A stretch of DNA of 64,000 bases from a virus: IMG/VR virus record IMGVR_UViG_3300023174_000145, positions 10,409 to 74,408 of that record. One strand, given 5' to 3'. Numbering within the stretch: the first letter of the stretch is position 1; each line of letters begins with the position of its first letter. Shown piece after piece: positions 19,488 through 30,395 of this stretch. The notes beneath the pieces are model-generated. The model ran no database searches. It was given only the letters and a program-made list of their open reading frames with translations, and was not told the origin of the DNA. The position numbers were made by a program, and so were the translations under genes.

Positions 19488-22430
19488 TTATTCTATAGCT
19501 AACCAATGAATCGTTATTGTTGCGCTTGAGACTGCCCCACTTTGACCCCATAATCTTACACTAGCCCCTGTTGAAGTCGGCGCAGATGCTGAGTTTAAAG
19601 CAAGAAAATATGGTGTTGATCCTAGTGATGGAGTTAAAATAACTGTTGATGGTGTGAATGGCAAAGTTGATCCAAAAGATAGTGTTGCAGTACCACTTGA
19701 AAATACAACACTAGCAACTCCATTTGCTTGTCTTTTTACTGTACTTCCATTTAAAGTTATCTTTGGACTAAAAAAATTTCCTTCATCATCTATATATGTT
19801 TTTAGTGAATTATTTACTTTTGTTTCTAATAAATTTATTAAATCAGATGCGCCTGTTTTTAATGTTATTGATTGATTTAGATTACTACTAAATACCGAAT
19901 CTGTTGGGTATCCATCACCTATTTGTGGTGCTGTAAAATATATTGTATATACGGGGCTTGGGGTATTTCCAGTCCAACTATATGAACTTTCATCTATAAT
20001 AATAAATTCATAATAAGCTCCAGAAACTGCACTTAGTTGAGTAGATAGTTGAGTATATTCTCCACTAGAACTAACGGTATATGAGCCACCAGTAGATGTA
20101 TAAAGTAAATTTCCACCTGTTGCAGCATCATATATTTTTACATCAACTCTTGCTGAGATAGAACCTGCTTGAAATGCTCTAGCAAAAACAGAAAAGGTAT
20201 ATGTTTTACCATTCAGTAAGCCTAATTGCGTATTACTAAATCTTGATGGAGTTGTTCCATTTGTTGTCCATAATGCTTGTATGCCACTAATATTTGATGC
20301 ACCAAATGCTGATGTTTTAATATATCCTAATTGATAAACACCTACATTATAGTTATTTATAATTGTACTTCCATTACTAATAATAGTTGGATTAGCACTA
20401 AGAGAAGATGCATATCCAGCTTTCCAATATGTAGATGGAGCTAAAGAAAAAGTAACATCATATGGTTGCATATAATTTCTATTGTATGTTGATGATATAG
20501 AATTTTGACTTAATGTAAATCCTCCAATTTTTCCAGTTATAGCATTAACTGTTCCATTAAATGTTCCACTAGTTGCATTAATTTCACCAGTAACAGTTAA
20601 TTTATCTACACCAGAATCATATTTCATAAAATTATTAGCACTGCCAACTTTAAATTTTGAAACTTGACCATACGAAGATATATAACCTAATGTATTATTA
20701 TAAGTTCCAGAAGGAAGCCTTTCTGTTTTTATAGTTATAGATGTTGAATTTGATGACTCTATTTTAAATGTTCCATTTAAACTTGAATTATCAAAACTAG
20801 ATAAATTAACATATGAATTTTGAGCAAATATATTATTAGGGATAGAAGAAAAATTTAATGTACAAAGTGAAGAATTAACTGTCTCTGCTACTTTAAATAA
20901 TTTAATATTTTGTATATATAAAATTTTATTTAAACCAAAGTTTTCAATTATACCGCCAGTACCAGTAATTGGTTGTGTTAAATTAACATATGGAGTAATC
21001 TCTAGGTTGAGCTTTACTGTTAAGGTATTCTTTTTTCTTACAGTAGAATTAATTGTATTTGTGTTTAATGATATATCTCCACTAGTAGATGTGGTAATTG
21101 TAAATGTATTATCTGTTTTAGTTAAAACTTTCCAGTTTGCACTTGTATCTAATATTCCAAGTGGAGTATTTAATGACTCATTTATTCCATAAAAACCTTC
21201 TAAGCAAACAATATCTCCAACAGACAAATTATGACCTGGAGCAGTAATTGTTGCATTATTTCCAGTTCTTGAAACTGTGGTTACGTCTGTATTTAATATC
21301 AAAAATCCATTATTAAAAGATGCAAGATTTTGAATTGGATAATTTTCAAGATCTGTTTCTGAAAGTGTATCTGAAACCTGACTAATATCAATAGCTGTAT
21401 TTTTTAATAAATAGTTTCCAGCATCATCACCAAAATCACCTTCAATTCCATCAGAATAGGTTATTGTTGCATAATATTTGTAGTAGGAGGTAGATGTAGT
21501 ATCTGAAAGAGTAAATGTACTTGGAGTATATGTTGTGTTCTTATTAAAAGTAAATAAGTAATTATTGTCATCTATAAATAATCCGTGAGCCTCTGTACCT
21601 GCTTCTATAGTTGTTGCAGGTAAAGTATCTGTATCAGAAAATCCAACATTTCCAAAAAGATTTCTTCCTATCGATATAGATGCTTTTTCATTTCCAGCCG
21701 TTATAACACCATCAAATTTTCCATCTGTTGCTTCTATTGTTCCTCTAACAAAAACATTAGAAAAAATAGCATTTCCAGAATTACTAATCTTCCAACCTTC
21801 ATTTCCAATAACAATATCTTCTACTGCATCTGTTGTTACATATAATGTAGAGTATTGATTATACCCTCCATAATAATTTTCATTAGAAAACTGAGAATCT
21901 AAATAATCAGAGTTATAGGTATATTGTACTTCACCCGCAGAATCATCTAAATAATAAAATAAATAAACATCTACTTCTCCATTTAAAACAATAGAAGTAT
22001 TATTCAATGCACTTGTAGTTTTTAAAGATAATGTAACTTGACCATTATCATTATTAACAGAAGATATTATGGTTCCATCTTGTATTCCAGAACCAGATAT
22101 AGTCATATTTTTAACAACATCAGTAACGTCATTAATGGTTATTATTGTTGATCCACTTGTACCAGTAGCCGTTTTATCTGTAATGGTGTATTCAATAGGC
22201 GCAGATTCTATTGATGTTACTAAATGCATTCTTGCTGAATATGCTGGATTAGAATCATAAATTATATCACCCTTTGATATATCTTTTGCCATTTTTACTA
22301 TTGTTTTTTTAGGTATTTCACCATCAAAATTTAAAGATTGTAATCCATCAGAAATTAGCGTTTTTGAGCCATTATCTGTAGTATATGTTTTCAATGAGTC
22401 AAACTGCTTTAATGAATGTAAGTTTTCCAT
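19488..22430 (-). CDS. Tail fibre / receptor-binding protein
   Basis: GW.I...GNA.F.NV.VRG.I.A..G and G.IGGFT fibre repeats, Ser/Thr/Asn-rich, C-terminal IHWLAI. Confidence 0.7.
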   Translation of the reverse strand: MENLHSLKQFDSLKTYTTDNGSKTLISDGLQSLNFDGEIPKKTIVKMAKDISKGDIIYDSNPAYSARMHLVTSIESAPIEYTITDKTATGTSGSTIITINDVTDVVKNMTISGSGIQDGTIISSVNNDNGQVTLSLKTTSALNNTSIVLNGEVDVYLFYYLDDSAGEVQYTYNSDYLDSQFSNENYYGGYNQYSTLYVTTDAVEDIVIGNEGWKISNSGNAIFSNVFVRGTIEATDGKFDGVITAGNEKASISIGRNLFGNVGFSDTDTLPATTIEAGTEAHGLFIDDNNYLFTFNKNTTYTPSTFTLSDTTSTSYYKYYATITYSDGIEGDFGDDAGNYLLKNTAIDISQVSDTLSETDLENYPIQNLASFNNGFLILNTDVTTVSRTGNNATITAPGHNLSVGDIVCLEGFYGINESLNTPLGILDTSANWKVLTKTDNTFTITTSTSGDISLNTNTINSTVRKKNTLTVKLNLEITPYVNLTQPITGTGGIIENFGLNKILYIQNIKLFKVAETVNSSLCTLNFSSIPNNIFAQNSYVNLSSFDNSSLNGTFKIESSNSTSITIKTERLPSGTYNNTLGYISSYGQVSKFKVGSANNFMKYDSGVDKLTVTGEINATSGTFNGTVNAITGKIGGFTLSQNSISSTYNRNYMQPYDVTFSLAPSTYWKAGYASSLSANPTIISNGSTIINNYNVGVYQLGYIKTSAFGASNISGIQALWTTNGTTPSRFSNTQLGLLNGKTYTFSVFARAFQAGSISARVDVKIYDAATGGNLLYTSTGGSYTVSSSGEYTQLSTQLSAVSGAYYEFIIIDESSYSWTGNTPSPVYTIYFTAPQIGDGYPTDSVFSSNLNQSITLKTGASDLINLLETKVNNSLKTYIDDEGNFFSPKITLNGSTVKRQANGVASVVFSSGTATLSFGSTLPFTPSTVILTPSLGSTPYFLALNSASAPTSTGASVRLWGQSGAVSSATITIHWLAIE

Positions 22431-23662
22431 TATGTTGCACCTATAATTTCTGTAGCAGATAATATTTTTGAAGCATTTTTTTCATTATTTGCTGGCAACC
22501 ATTTTCCAACAAATTGTTTATTACTGTATGTATATCTTGCAACAGCAAATCTGACATATGTTTTTTTAGCACCAAAAGAAGGAGTTATTGTCTGAGTATC
22601 ACTTGTTAATTTTTCAACAGTATCTGTTGCATAATAAATACTACAATATGCTGAGTCTGGTCTTTTTTTTAATTGACTTGCACTTAATTTTGGTGGGCTT
22701 GCTGTTGGGTCAAAAACTCCATTTTCTCCTTTAAGTTTTGAACCAGAATCTGAAGTAGATGGTTTAATGCCCTTTCCAGTATCATTAAAATAATACCAGT
22801 TTTTATTATCTTGTGAAACAAAAAAGAAATAATAATCTACACAACAATCTTCATCGTTTCTAAATTGATTTATAGTTGCTGCCTGTATTGAATCTGGAAC
22901 TTTAGAATATAAAGTACTAGATAGCCTAAATGTTGTTTTAGTTTTAGATTCAGTCGTTATTGAGTCATGATATACAGCTGGTGGATTATATTCAAAGTAT
23001 GCACCTTTCCAAAAATTATTACATTTAGAATTACTTTTGTCTTTATATATATCTTTTAATGCAACAAATATTGGATAGTCCCAAAATCCCCATTCATTAT
23101 TTCTTTTTGTTACTGGTGCTAATGCTCCATAAATTCCAATATTTGGATCTAAAACTCCAAGATTAGTACGAATTATTATTTTTTGACCACTTATTTCTCC
23201 ATCAGATATATTTAAATTTAAACTGCTAAAAGATTGATTAAAATTTTCTAGTTGAGTAATGTGTTCTTTTTTTAAATCTTTATCAAATGTCAATTCTATT
23301 GTTACTTTTAATTTAAATGGATCTGCGGTAGAATCATTTCCACCAGTTACAGTACTTGTTAAATTAGCTTTTTTTAAAGTACTAATTCCTATAACTTTGA
23401 AAGCACTGTTTCCTTTTAAAGCATAACGTATATTTGTTTCTGTATAGTATCCTGGAGTAGTAATTTTTGGAGTTATTTGAATTTCTTTACTAACATCTTT
23501 TGATACCCTAGAAGATGTCATATAAGAAGACATTTCTGATGGAAAATTTGGAGTTTCTATAATAAATGATTCTTTTGTGTATGGATCATCAGCTAGCGAT
23601 AGCGTTACCCTATATTTTGTATTAACAAATAAATTATTACCAATCAAAGACTTGCTAGCCAT
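22430..23662 (-). CDS. Minor tail protein
   Basis: Position in the tail operon, coupled starts and stops. Confidence 0.55.
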   Translation of the reverse strand: MASKSLIGNNLFVNTKYRVTLSLADDPYTKESFIIETPNFPSEMSSYMTSSRVSKDVSKEIQITPKITTPGYYTETNIRYALKGNSAFKVIGISTLKKANLTSTVTGGNDSTADPFKLKVTIELTFDKDLKKEHITQLENFNQSFSSLNLNISDGEISGQKIIIRTNLGVLDPNIGIYGALAPVTKRNNEWGFWDYPIFVALKDIYKDKSNSKCNNFWKGAYFEYNPPAVYHDSITTESKTKTTFRLSSTLYSKVPDSIQAATINQFRNDEDCCVDYYFFFVSQDNKNWYYFNDTGKGIKPSTSDSGSKLKGENGVFDPTASPPKLSASQLKKRPDSAYCSIYYATDTVEKLTSDTQTITPSFGAKKTYVRFAVARYTYSNKQFVGKWLPANNEKNASKILSATEIIGAT

Positions 23663-24831
23663 TATGTATCCAAATTAACTGCTAAAACATATTCTATATC
23701 AATAATTGATCCAGAATCTTTTTCTATAGGATCTGTTAAAACTGTTCTAGACAGCAACCCCTCTGTATTGTCAATAACTTGCTTAGGTTTTATCTTAAGA
23801 CCATCTAATATTATATAGCCAGTAGAATTTGAAGATATTGATATTTTTGCTATTTGTTCCCAATCTAAATTATTATATGATGTGTTTGATTTTTGTTCTA
23901 ATGAAACAACATTATATCCAGAAACAAAATTAAAAACATATGAAATAGAAACATTTGCTATGTCGGTAAATGTTAAAGTTACTGTTTTTGATGCAGATGA
24001 CCAGCCAGCAAAAACAAAGTTATCGTATGGATTTATATTTGACAAATCTAATAATTGTTCATCATAAAAAACTGTACCAGCACCAGTTATCTTTAAAGCA
24101 TTATTACCAATTCTATAATCATTACTTGTGTCTGATAAAAACAATGATTTTCTTTGAGCTGGGAAAGAAGTATCTGTTACATATACCAAAGAAGGATTTA
24201 TTGTTACACTACCAAGAGAAGCCGAAACTCCAGTGCCATTAATACTGGTAGATAGATTAAAAGTATTTGTTTGAGAGTTTACAACATAATATGTTGTATT
24301 TAATAATAATCCACTTGGCATAGTTCCTGTAAGAGTAACGGCATCTCCATTAGATAATAAATGACTATTTGAAGTAAATACAGATGGACTTGCAGCACTT
24401 ACTGAAGCACTAAATGTTGATGGCAATTCTTTTAATAAATCACCCTCTTCAAAATTAAAAACTGTTAATGAATCAATATTTGCAGATTCTGTTATTACAT
24501 TTGAAAATACACCAACCTCATATATCTTATATCTTTTTTCATCTTTTATTCTTGCAGAATAAACTAATCCATCACTAGTACCAACATTTCCAAGAGTTGA
24601 TGTAAATATTGGATATTTACCAACAGTAAAATCTAAATCATCCATACTTAAAAACGTATCTGTACCATTTGATTTAGTTGAAATTCCGATACCTAAAGAA
24701 TTTGCAAAATATTGATTTTGACCAAGTAAAGATTTTAAAATGTTTGATCTTCCTAAAACTGTTAATTTATTCTTTTGCTCTACTTCAAGTTTTCCATTTT
24801 TATATATTCTATATACTCCATACATACTCAT
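23662..24831 (-). CDS. Minor tail protein
   Basis: N.LT..GR...LGIG...IYEVGVF...SR.VL..PI.K...IEY baseplate/fibre-N pattern, with a small inserted beta domain. Confidence 0.65.
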   Translation of the reverse strand: MSMYGVYRIYKNGKLEVEQKNKLTVLGRSNILKSLLGQNQYFANSLGIGISTKSNGTDTFLSMDDLDFTVGKYPIFTSTLGNVGTSDGLVYSARIKDEKRYKIYEVGVFSNVITESANIDSLTVFNFEEGDLLKELPSTFSASVSAASPSVFTSNSHLLSNGDAVTLTGTMPSGLLLNTTYYVVNSQTNTFNLSTSINGTGVSASLGSVTINPSLVYVTDTSFPAQRKSLFLSDTSNDYRIGNNALKITGAGTVFYDEQLLDLSNINPYDNFVFAGWSSASKTVTLTFTDIANVSISYVFNFVSGYNVVSLEQKSNTSYNNLDWEQIAKISISSNSTGYIILDGLKIKPKQVIDNTEGLLSRTVLTDPIEKDSGSIIDIEYVLAVNLDT

Positions 24832-24842
24832 TATTATACCAC

Positions 24843-25910
24843 CTAAATCTCATCAAATTCTATATTTATTTCATAGTTTTGATATTCTTGTTTTAAAACA
24901 TATCTAAAGTCTATAGTATTTCCAGAACTAACACCAACAGAAAACTTATAAGCAGATTTATTGGTTTCAGCGGATATTTTTCCAAAATATTTACTCTTTC
25001 TAATAAATTTATTAGAACCAAAAATTTCTTGAAGTTCTGCTTTTAATGAACTTAAAATTTCCGCTTTATGAGATACCTCATCTTCTTCTTTATTTGTATT
25101 CATATCATCAAAATCTGAAAGAGAAAAATCTATAGGCAAGTAGTTGCCAGATTGGTCTTTAACTTGAATCTCATAATCTGGAAGATAATCAATGCTTTCA
25201 TAATTAAAATCAGTTAATAAATCATCACCAGCCTGAATAAGACTTAATTCCATTTTTTCTATAAGTGCATCATCAATAGCTTGATATTCTAGTGAATTAA
25301 ATAAAACATCATAGCTTTTAGGTAAAGATTTTATTTCTTTTGGGTATTCTTTTATTGGTTTACTAGATCCGCCAACATACGTTTTTTTTGTTTTTATAAA
25401 TCCACTAACATTAGTATATGTTTTGTTTGTTGGTGGTGTTGGTGGGTTAACAGTTTTTGGCTTTTCATATTTAAGTATTGGTGGTGGTTCCATTTGATAA
25501 CTAGAAGGTTTTCCATTAATTTCCCATTTAGATGTTTCAATATTCCAATTTTGTGCAAAACCATGATCGGGATTAGTTTCATCAAAATTAATACCTATCC
25601 AAGTTCCTTCTGATGTTGTACCATATTGTTGCATTCCATCTTTTGAAGTCCAAGTTTGTGGTTTATAATTTGATTCAGTAAATGGCTGTATTCCTAAAGT
25701 ACTTGGATCAGCATCTCTTGTAGATGGATATAATGGATCATTTCTTGTTTGTAAAATTTGTGGCATTGATAAGTCTTCTTGATACTTTGCAATCTTTGTA
25801 TGTGCTTTATCTAAATACCACTTATTGTCGGAAACATTCCAAAACAAAACTTTTCCATATTGATCTTTATGTTTTTTATTATAATCATATATTTGAAAAA
25901 AATCTGACAT
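24843..25910 (-). CDS. Hypothetical protein in the tail module
   Basis: 355-aa ORF with a Pro-rich linker. Confidence 0.55.
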   Translation of the reverse strand: MSDFFQIYDYNKKHKDQYGKVLFWNVSDNKWYLDKAHTKIAKYQEDLSMPQILQTRNDPLYPSTRDADPSTLGIQPFTESNYKPQTWTSKDGMQQYGTTSEGTWIGINFDETNPDHGFAQNWNIETSKWEINGKPSSYQMEPPPILKYEKPKTVNPPTPPTNKTYTNVSGFIKTKKTYVGGSSKPIKEYPKEIKSLPKSYDVLFNSLEYQAIDDALIEKMELSLIQAGDDLLTDFNYESIDYLPDYEIQVKDQSGNYLPIDFSLSDFDDMNTNKEEDEVSHKAEILSSLKAELQEIFGSNKFIRKSKYFGKISAETNKSAYKFSVGVSSGNTIDFRYVLKQEYQNYEINIEFDEI

Positions 25911-25911
25911 A

Positions 25912-28900
25912 TTATATACACTCCTTAAGAGTCAAAGTCATTTCAGGTCCATTATTCTTTACAGAATATGATATACCTGTAATTGTGTATGTTGATGATT
26001 CATCATTATAATATTTATCTGAATATAATAAACCTATTTTATCTCCAAGTTTTAATAAAGGATTTGGAAAAACGCCAACACTTAATGTTTTTCTTTCTTT
26101 TGATAGATTATCAATTACCCACTTTGCCAAATGTTTTGCCTGTTCTCTATCATTAATAAACTGTCCACTAAGTTGTAATTCCTGTGTACCATATAATTTT
26201 CTATTAGCATTATATTTATCGTTTATATCAAGTTCATAGTTTTCCTTTTCTAAAAATTCTTTAGATTTAATTGTTCCAGGACTTCTTTCTTTTAATGGAA
26301 AACCAATAATAAATAATGGTGTTCCATTTTCTGTATCTAATTTTATTGAAGAGTTTCCAGTATTATGTACCCAAAAGGTGCCACCGTGATTTGATAAATT
26401 AACATCAGATACTTGATAGTATTTACTTGTTTCCGATAGAGATATAATTTTTGGTGTTAAACCAACGTCTTCAAATCGTATATCAAATTTTTTAACTTCT
26501 CTAGCTAATTTTCCAAAATCTTCAAAATATAAGTAGCTTCCCTTTCCATTTGTTTGTCTTCTATAATTAATTCCAGGTGGCAAGTAACATCTATTAAAAT
26601 CATTTTTTATTTCAGAGAAGTATGATATATCATCTTCGTCATCTTTTCTAGGAACAATTCCCTCTGCACCAGAATAAGCAAATAAATGTTCAAATATTGC
26701 AGATGACTGACCTCTAACAAAAAGACCTATTGTTGATTTTGTATCTGATGTTGAAGTAATTTTATTTTTACTATCCACCGCAGTCATTACATTCTGACCT
26801 TCCCAAAAAATATCAAACTGGTTTGAACCATTAGAACGAGTTATTGAAATATCTAAGTCAAAAATTATAGCCTGTGATTTTCCATCTTTTTGTCCTTGTT
26901 GTTCTAAACCAGACCAACTTGTATTTGAAACATTTACCCAAGTTTCTGCAATTACTGTTGGAATATACTTTCCATTGTCCTGAGTTATTTTGTATAGCCT
27001 CATATTTCCAAAGTTTGCAGATGCAAGTTGATTGCCATTAATAGTTCCAACATCTTCTACTTCTAAAAAGTATCCAGTAATTCCATTCTTTTTTACACTA
27101 ACGTCCCAAGACACACCAGCAATCATGCCAGAGTTTATTGGCTTGTCACCCTTACTTACATTTTTAGGAACATCATATACAAGTTTCATTCTAGTACCAA
27201 ACCTATTTACAACAACTTTTGTACCATTTTTATTTTTTATTTGTTTAAAAATTCCAGTAATAATATTTTCTGATGGATCTGATGAAGGTAATAAGTTTTT
27301 ATTAGTTGAACTATATTTTCTATTTTGGGTAACTGTTCCTTTACATTTTGGACCACTAAGTTTTAAGTTTCCAGTATATCCTTGCAAAAACTTGGTTGTT
27401 CTCATAGTTTGATTATTAAAAAATGTTTCTGTTTTATTTGAAACAGTAAGATTGTTAGTTAACATATCTATATTTGCACCCACTCCATACAACCTAACTC
27501 CAGATCTTTTCCAGTCAGGATTTTGTTCCAAGAATGACTTATGTGTATTTACACCTTTATGTTCAGAAACCTCTGTATTATTTATTCCTCTTCCATCACC
27601 AGTTACTAAAATATCTATTTTTTCTTCATCTAAAGAATTTTGTGTTTCTTCTGTTTGTATATCTAAAATTAAAGCTAAAGGCTCTAATGAGCTTCCTTGT
27701 TTCAAACTTGATTTTGTATAGTTATACTCTTCTGAACTAAATATTATTTTTGTTTTATATGAATTATATTTTGGATTACTAACCAAAAACATAATTCCAT
27801 TATATTTAATTATTTCTTGATCAATTCTTATATAACCTTTATAGGATGATGTAGCAAAAGTATGAATGTAGTTACTATCTAATTTTATCAACATTCTTTT
27901 TCTTATATCGTCAGTAGTATGTTCTGCTAAAAATTTAATTAACTGTTCTTTATTTTTTTTAGATTCAAAAGTTAGTAGATTATTATTGTTTAAATAATCA
28001 TATATACCAGTAACTGGAATATCCTGTACTAATATTGCTGCACATAAAACATTTTCTGTTTTATCTTTTTTATTACTAGCCTCCCATAAGATACCAAAAG
28101 AATTTCTAAAATTTGTATCTGCTAAAGACAAAGAAAATGATGGATCTTCTAGTGCTTTTTTTACAGACTCATTTACATCGCTTTTAGTTATAAGAGCAGC
28201 ACTTGGTTGTTTTGCAATGCCAATATCATTATATGCAACATTAATATCTGTAATTGGAGGTTCAAATGTTTCGTTAAAAGACGATATATTGCTTATGTAT
28301 GTAATATCATCTTTTATCAAAGAGTTGTCATTTCCATATAACCAAAAATCTTTTGTTTTTTGTTTTGCAATAACTCTTTCTTTAGTCATAGCTACAAGGT
28401 TATTACTTTCATCCATATACATAGATGTTTGTGTTGAAACAGCAAGAGACTCTAAAACCTCCATAACATTTTGTTCTTTTTTTGAATAGAAAAAATCTAA
28501 AATTACATCTTCTTTATCAGCATTTTCATCTGTACCAGTTTTTTCAAAAATAAAATTGTTATATCCTATATTGTCTAAAAGAGTTAACATTGCAACAGAT
28601 GTTGGTACACCAGATTTATTTGCAATAAGTAAGTCTGGGGCAGCTCTTTCTTTAAAAAATTTAAAATAATCTTGTAATGATACATTAACTGTAGAGTTAT
28701 CTCCTTCATTCCATATGTCTGTATACAATGTTTTTAAAGGAAACCTATATGTTTTATTATCTACAATAACTTTTTGATAAATTTTTACTTCTACATTTGG
28801 CTTTAATACATCGCATATAATTGAATATGTATTATTTTTACTAAATGCACCATCTGTATTAGAAATTGTTATTGTTCCTGATGTAGAGGCAATAGATCCG

Positions 28901-29868
28901 ACTGGCAGACCATATGCAGAATTAGCCATTTCAGAATCAATATTAAAATCTACCACTGAATTAGTTATGTCAGAAACTAATCTAGGACTAATTTCAATTA
29001 CCTCTAATGGAATATATGCTGAAGACATTTTTGTTGCTTTAAATCTTATACCCTTAATTTTTATTGCACCGCTTACAGAATTATTATATGCAAGAAAATC
29101 AAATACTGTTTTTTCATCTGGTTGATCAACAGCATTAATATAGGCATCCCAACTATTTGATAATGAATCATAATAAATATCTAATACGCCATCACTTAAA
29201 AGATTTGATGATGTTTTTGTAAATATTGTTTTCCAAGTATCATCAATATAAACATCAATATCAAAATTGGTGGCATATCCTAAATGTTTTTGTGTTTTTA
29301 TTGATATTTTATTAATCCATATATCATTTTTATAAATAACATAAGGTGCTGCAAAATCAATATAATTTTGAGAATTTGATGTACCAACAGAATATCCTGC
29401 TTTTTTTCTACCAGAAGACCAATATTTAAAACTTGATTCATTTCCCATAGGATATAATCTTGGCGATGATGTATTAATATCAAAGATATTTTTTATTTCT
29501 AAGGTGGATGATTGTCCAGATATTGTTTTCTCTTTACCAATCATTGAATCTAAATAAATAGATTTAATAATTCCAGGATTTGGTCTATTTGTCTCAAATA
29601 TACTATAAAGAGGAGAATGTTTTTCTCTTACAATATCTTTTACTATATGATCCGTAGAATATTTTATATCTTGGCAACCAGAATCTTTTTCATTATAATT
29701 ATTATATGATCCTATTTCTAATATTGGAGTATATGCATTGTAGTTCCATTCAACAATTATTTGATGATTAGAATCTATTGTAGAATTTGCAGCAAATTCT
29801 TTTTGAATATCTTTATATGTTTCTGGATGAGAAGTAATAAATTTATCGATAGTTTTATTAGTTAACAT
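25912..29868 (-). CDS. Large minor tail (hub / central-fibre-like) protein
   Basis: Second gene after the TMP; LPVG...G.ITISN, C-terminal FPNPLLKLGDKI hub-like ending. Confidence 0.7.
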   Translation of the reverse strand: MLTNKTIDKFITSHPETYKDIQKEFAANSTIDSNHQIIVEWNYNAYTPILEIGSYNNYNEKDSGCQDIKYSTDHIVKDIVREKHSPLYSIFETNRPNPGIIKSIYLDSMIGKEKTISGQSSTLEIKNIFDINTSSPRLYPMGNESSFKYWSSGRKKAGYSVGTSNSQNYIDFAAPYVIYKNDIWINKISIKTQKHLGYATNFDIDVYIDDTWKTIFTKTSSNLLSDGVLDIYYDSLSNSWDAYINAVDQPDEKTVFDFLAYNNSVSGAIKIKGIRFKATKMSSAYIPLEVIEISPRLVSDITNSVVDFNIDSEMANSAYGLPVGSIASTSGTITISNTDGAFSKNNTYSIICDVLKPNVEVKIYQKVIVDNKTYRFPLKTLYTDIWNEGDNSTVNVSLQDYFKFFKERAAPDLLIANKSGVPTSVAMLTLLDNIGYNNFIFEKTGTDENADKEDVILDFFYSKKEQNVMEVLESLAVSTQTSMYMDESNNLVAMTKERVIAKQKTKDFWLYGNDNSLIKDDITYISNISSFNETFEPPITDINVAYNDIGIAKQPSAALITKSDVNESVKKALEDPSFSLSLADTNFRNSFGILWEASNKKDKTENVLCAAILVQDIPVTGIYDYLNNNNLLTFESKKNKEQLIKFLAEHTTDDIRKRMLIKLDSNYIHTFATSSYKGYIRIDQEIIKYNGIMFLVSNPKYNSYKTKIIFSSEEYNYTKSSLKQGSSLEPLALILDIQTEETQNSLDEEKIDILVTGDGRGINNTEVSEHKGVNTHKSFLEQNPDWKRSGVRLYGVGANIDMLTNNLTVSNKTETFFNNQTMRTTKFLQGYTGNLKLSGPKCKGTVTQNRKYSSTNKNLLPSSDPSENIITGIFKQIKNKNGTKVVVNRFGTRMKLVYDVPKNVSKGDKPINSGMIAGVSWDVSVKKNGITGYFLEVEDVGTINGNQLASANFGNMRLYKITQDNGKYIPTVIAETWVNVSNTSWSGLEQQGQKDGKSQAIIFDLDISITRSNGSNQFDIFWEGQNVMTAVDSKNKITSTSDTKSTIGLFVRGQSSAIFEHLFAYSGAEGIVPRKDDEDDISYFSEIKNDFNRCYLPPGINYRRQTNGKGSYLYFEDFGKLAREVKKFDIRFEDVGLTPKIISLSETSKYYQVSDVNLSNHGGTFWVHNTGNSSIKLDTENGTPLFIIGFPLKERSPGTIKSKEFLEKENYELDINDKYNANRKLYGTQELQLSGQFINDREQAKHLAKWVIDNLSKERKTLSVGVFPNPLLKLGDKIGLLYSDKYYNDESSTYTITGISYSVKNNGPEMTLTLKECI

Positions 29869-30395
29869 TATACTTCCACCAAACTAAGATTTATATCCCA
29901 AAGATCTGTATCTATGCCCCTAGTTATAATATTATATGAAAAGTTTTCAAAAAATACATTTACTATTTCTACATTTGTTTTAATTTCTGACTTTAATACT
30001 GAAGGATCATTGTCATAAACAAACAATGCCCAAAAACTTCCAGTATGATTGTTATACCAATCTAATATTTGTTGACCACCACCAAACTGATTTCTTGTAT
30101 TTGAATATTCAGTTACATAGTCTTTTCTAGATGGAAGTCTTTTCCAAGAAGTAGAATATGTTTTTTTATCTGCAATATGATATGAACGCATTGTTCCATT
30201 TATCATACGTTGTCTATGTTCTATTCTTTCAAAAGCAATAGCAAGATCTGAACGATTATCATCAGATAGATATAAATAATTTGTTCCAAGATCCCATTTT
30301 CCAGCTCTAGAACCTACACCTTCTACTGGCTTATCTTCTGTAAAAATAATTAATGATGGTCTAGAATATTTTTCTTGTAAGTATCCATATGACAT
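29868..30395 (-). CDS. Distal-tail-like minor tail protein
   Basis: Immediately follows the TMP; R.RMINGTMRSY.IADK, WDINLSLVEV. Confidence 0.65.
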   Translation of the reverse strand: MSYGYLQEKYSRPSLIIFTEDKPVEGVGSRAGKWDLGTNYLYLSDDNRSDLAIAFERIEHRQRMINGTMRSYHIADKKTYSTSWKRLPSRKDYVTEYSNTRNQFGGGQQILDWYNNHTGSFWALFVYDNDPSVLKSEIKTNVEIVNVFFENFSYNIITRGIDTDLWDINLSLVEV

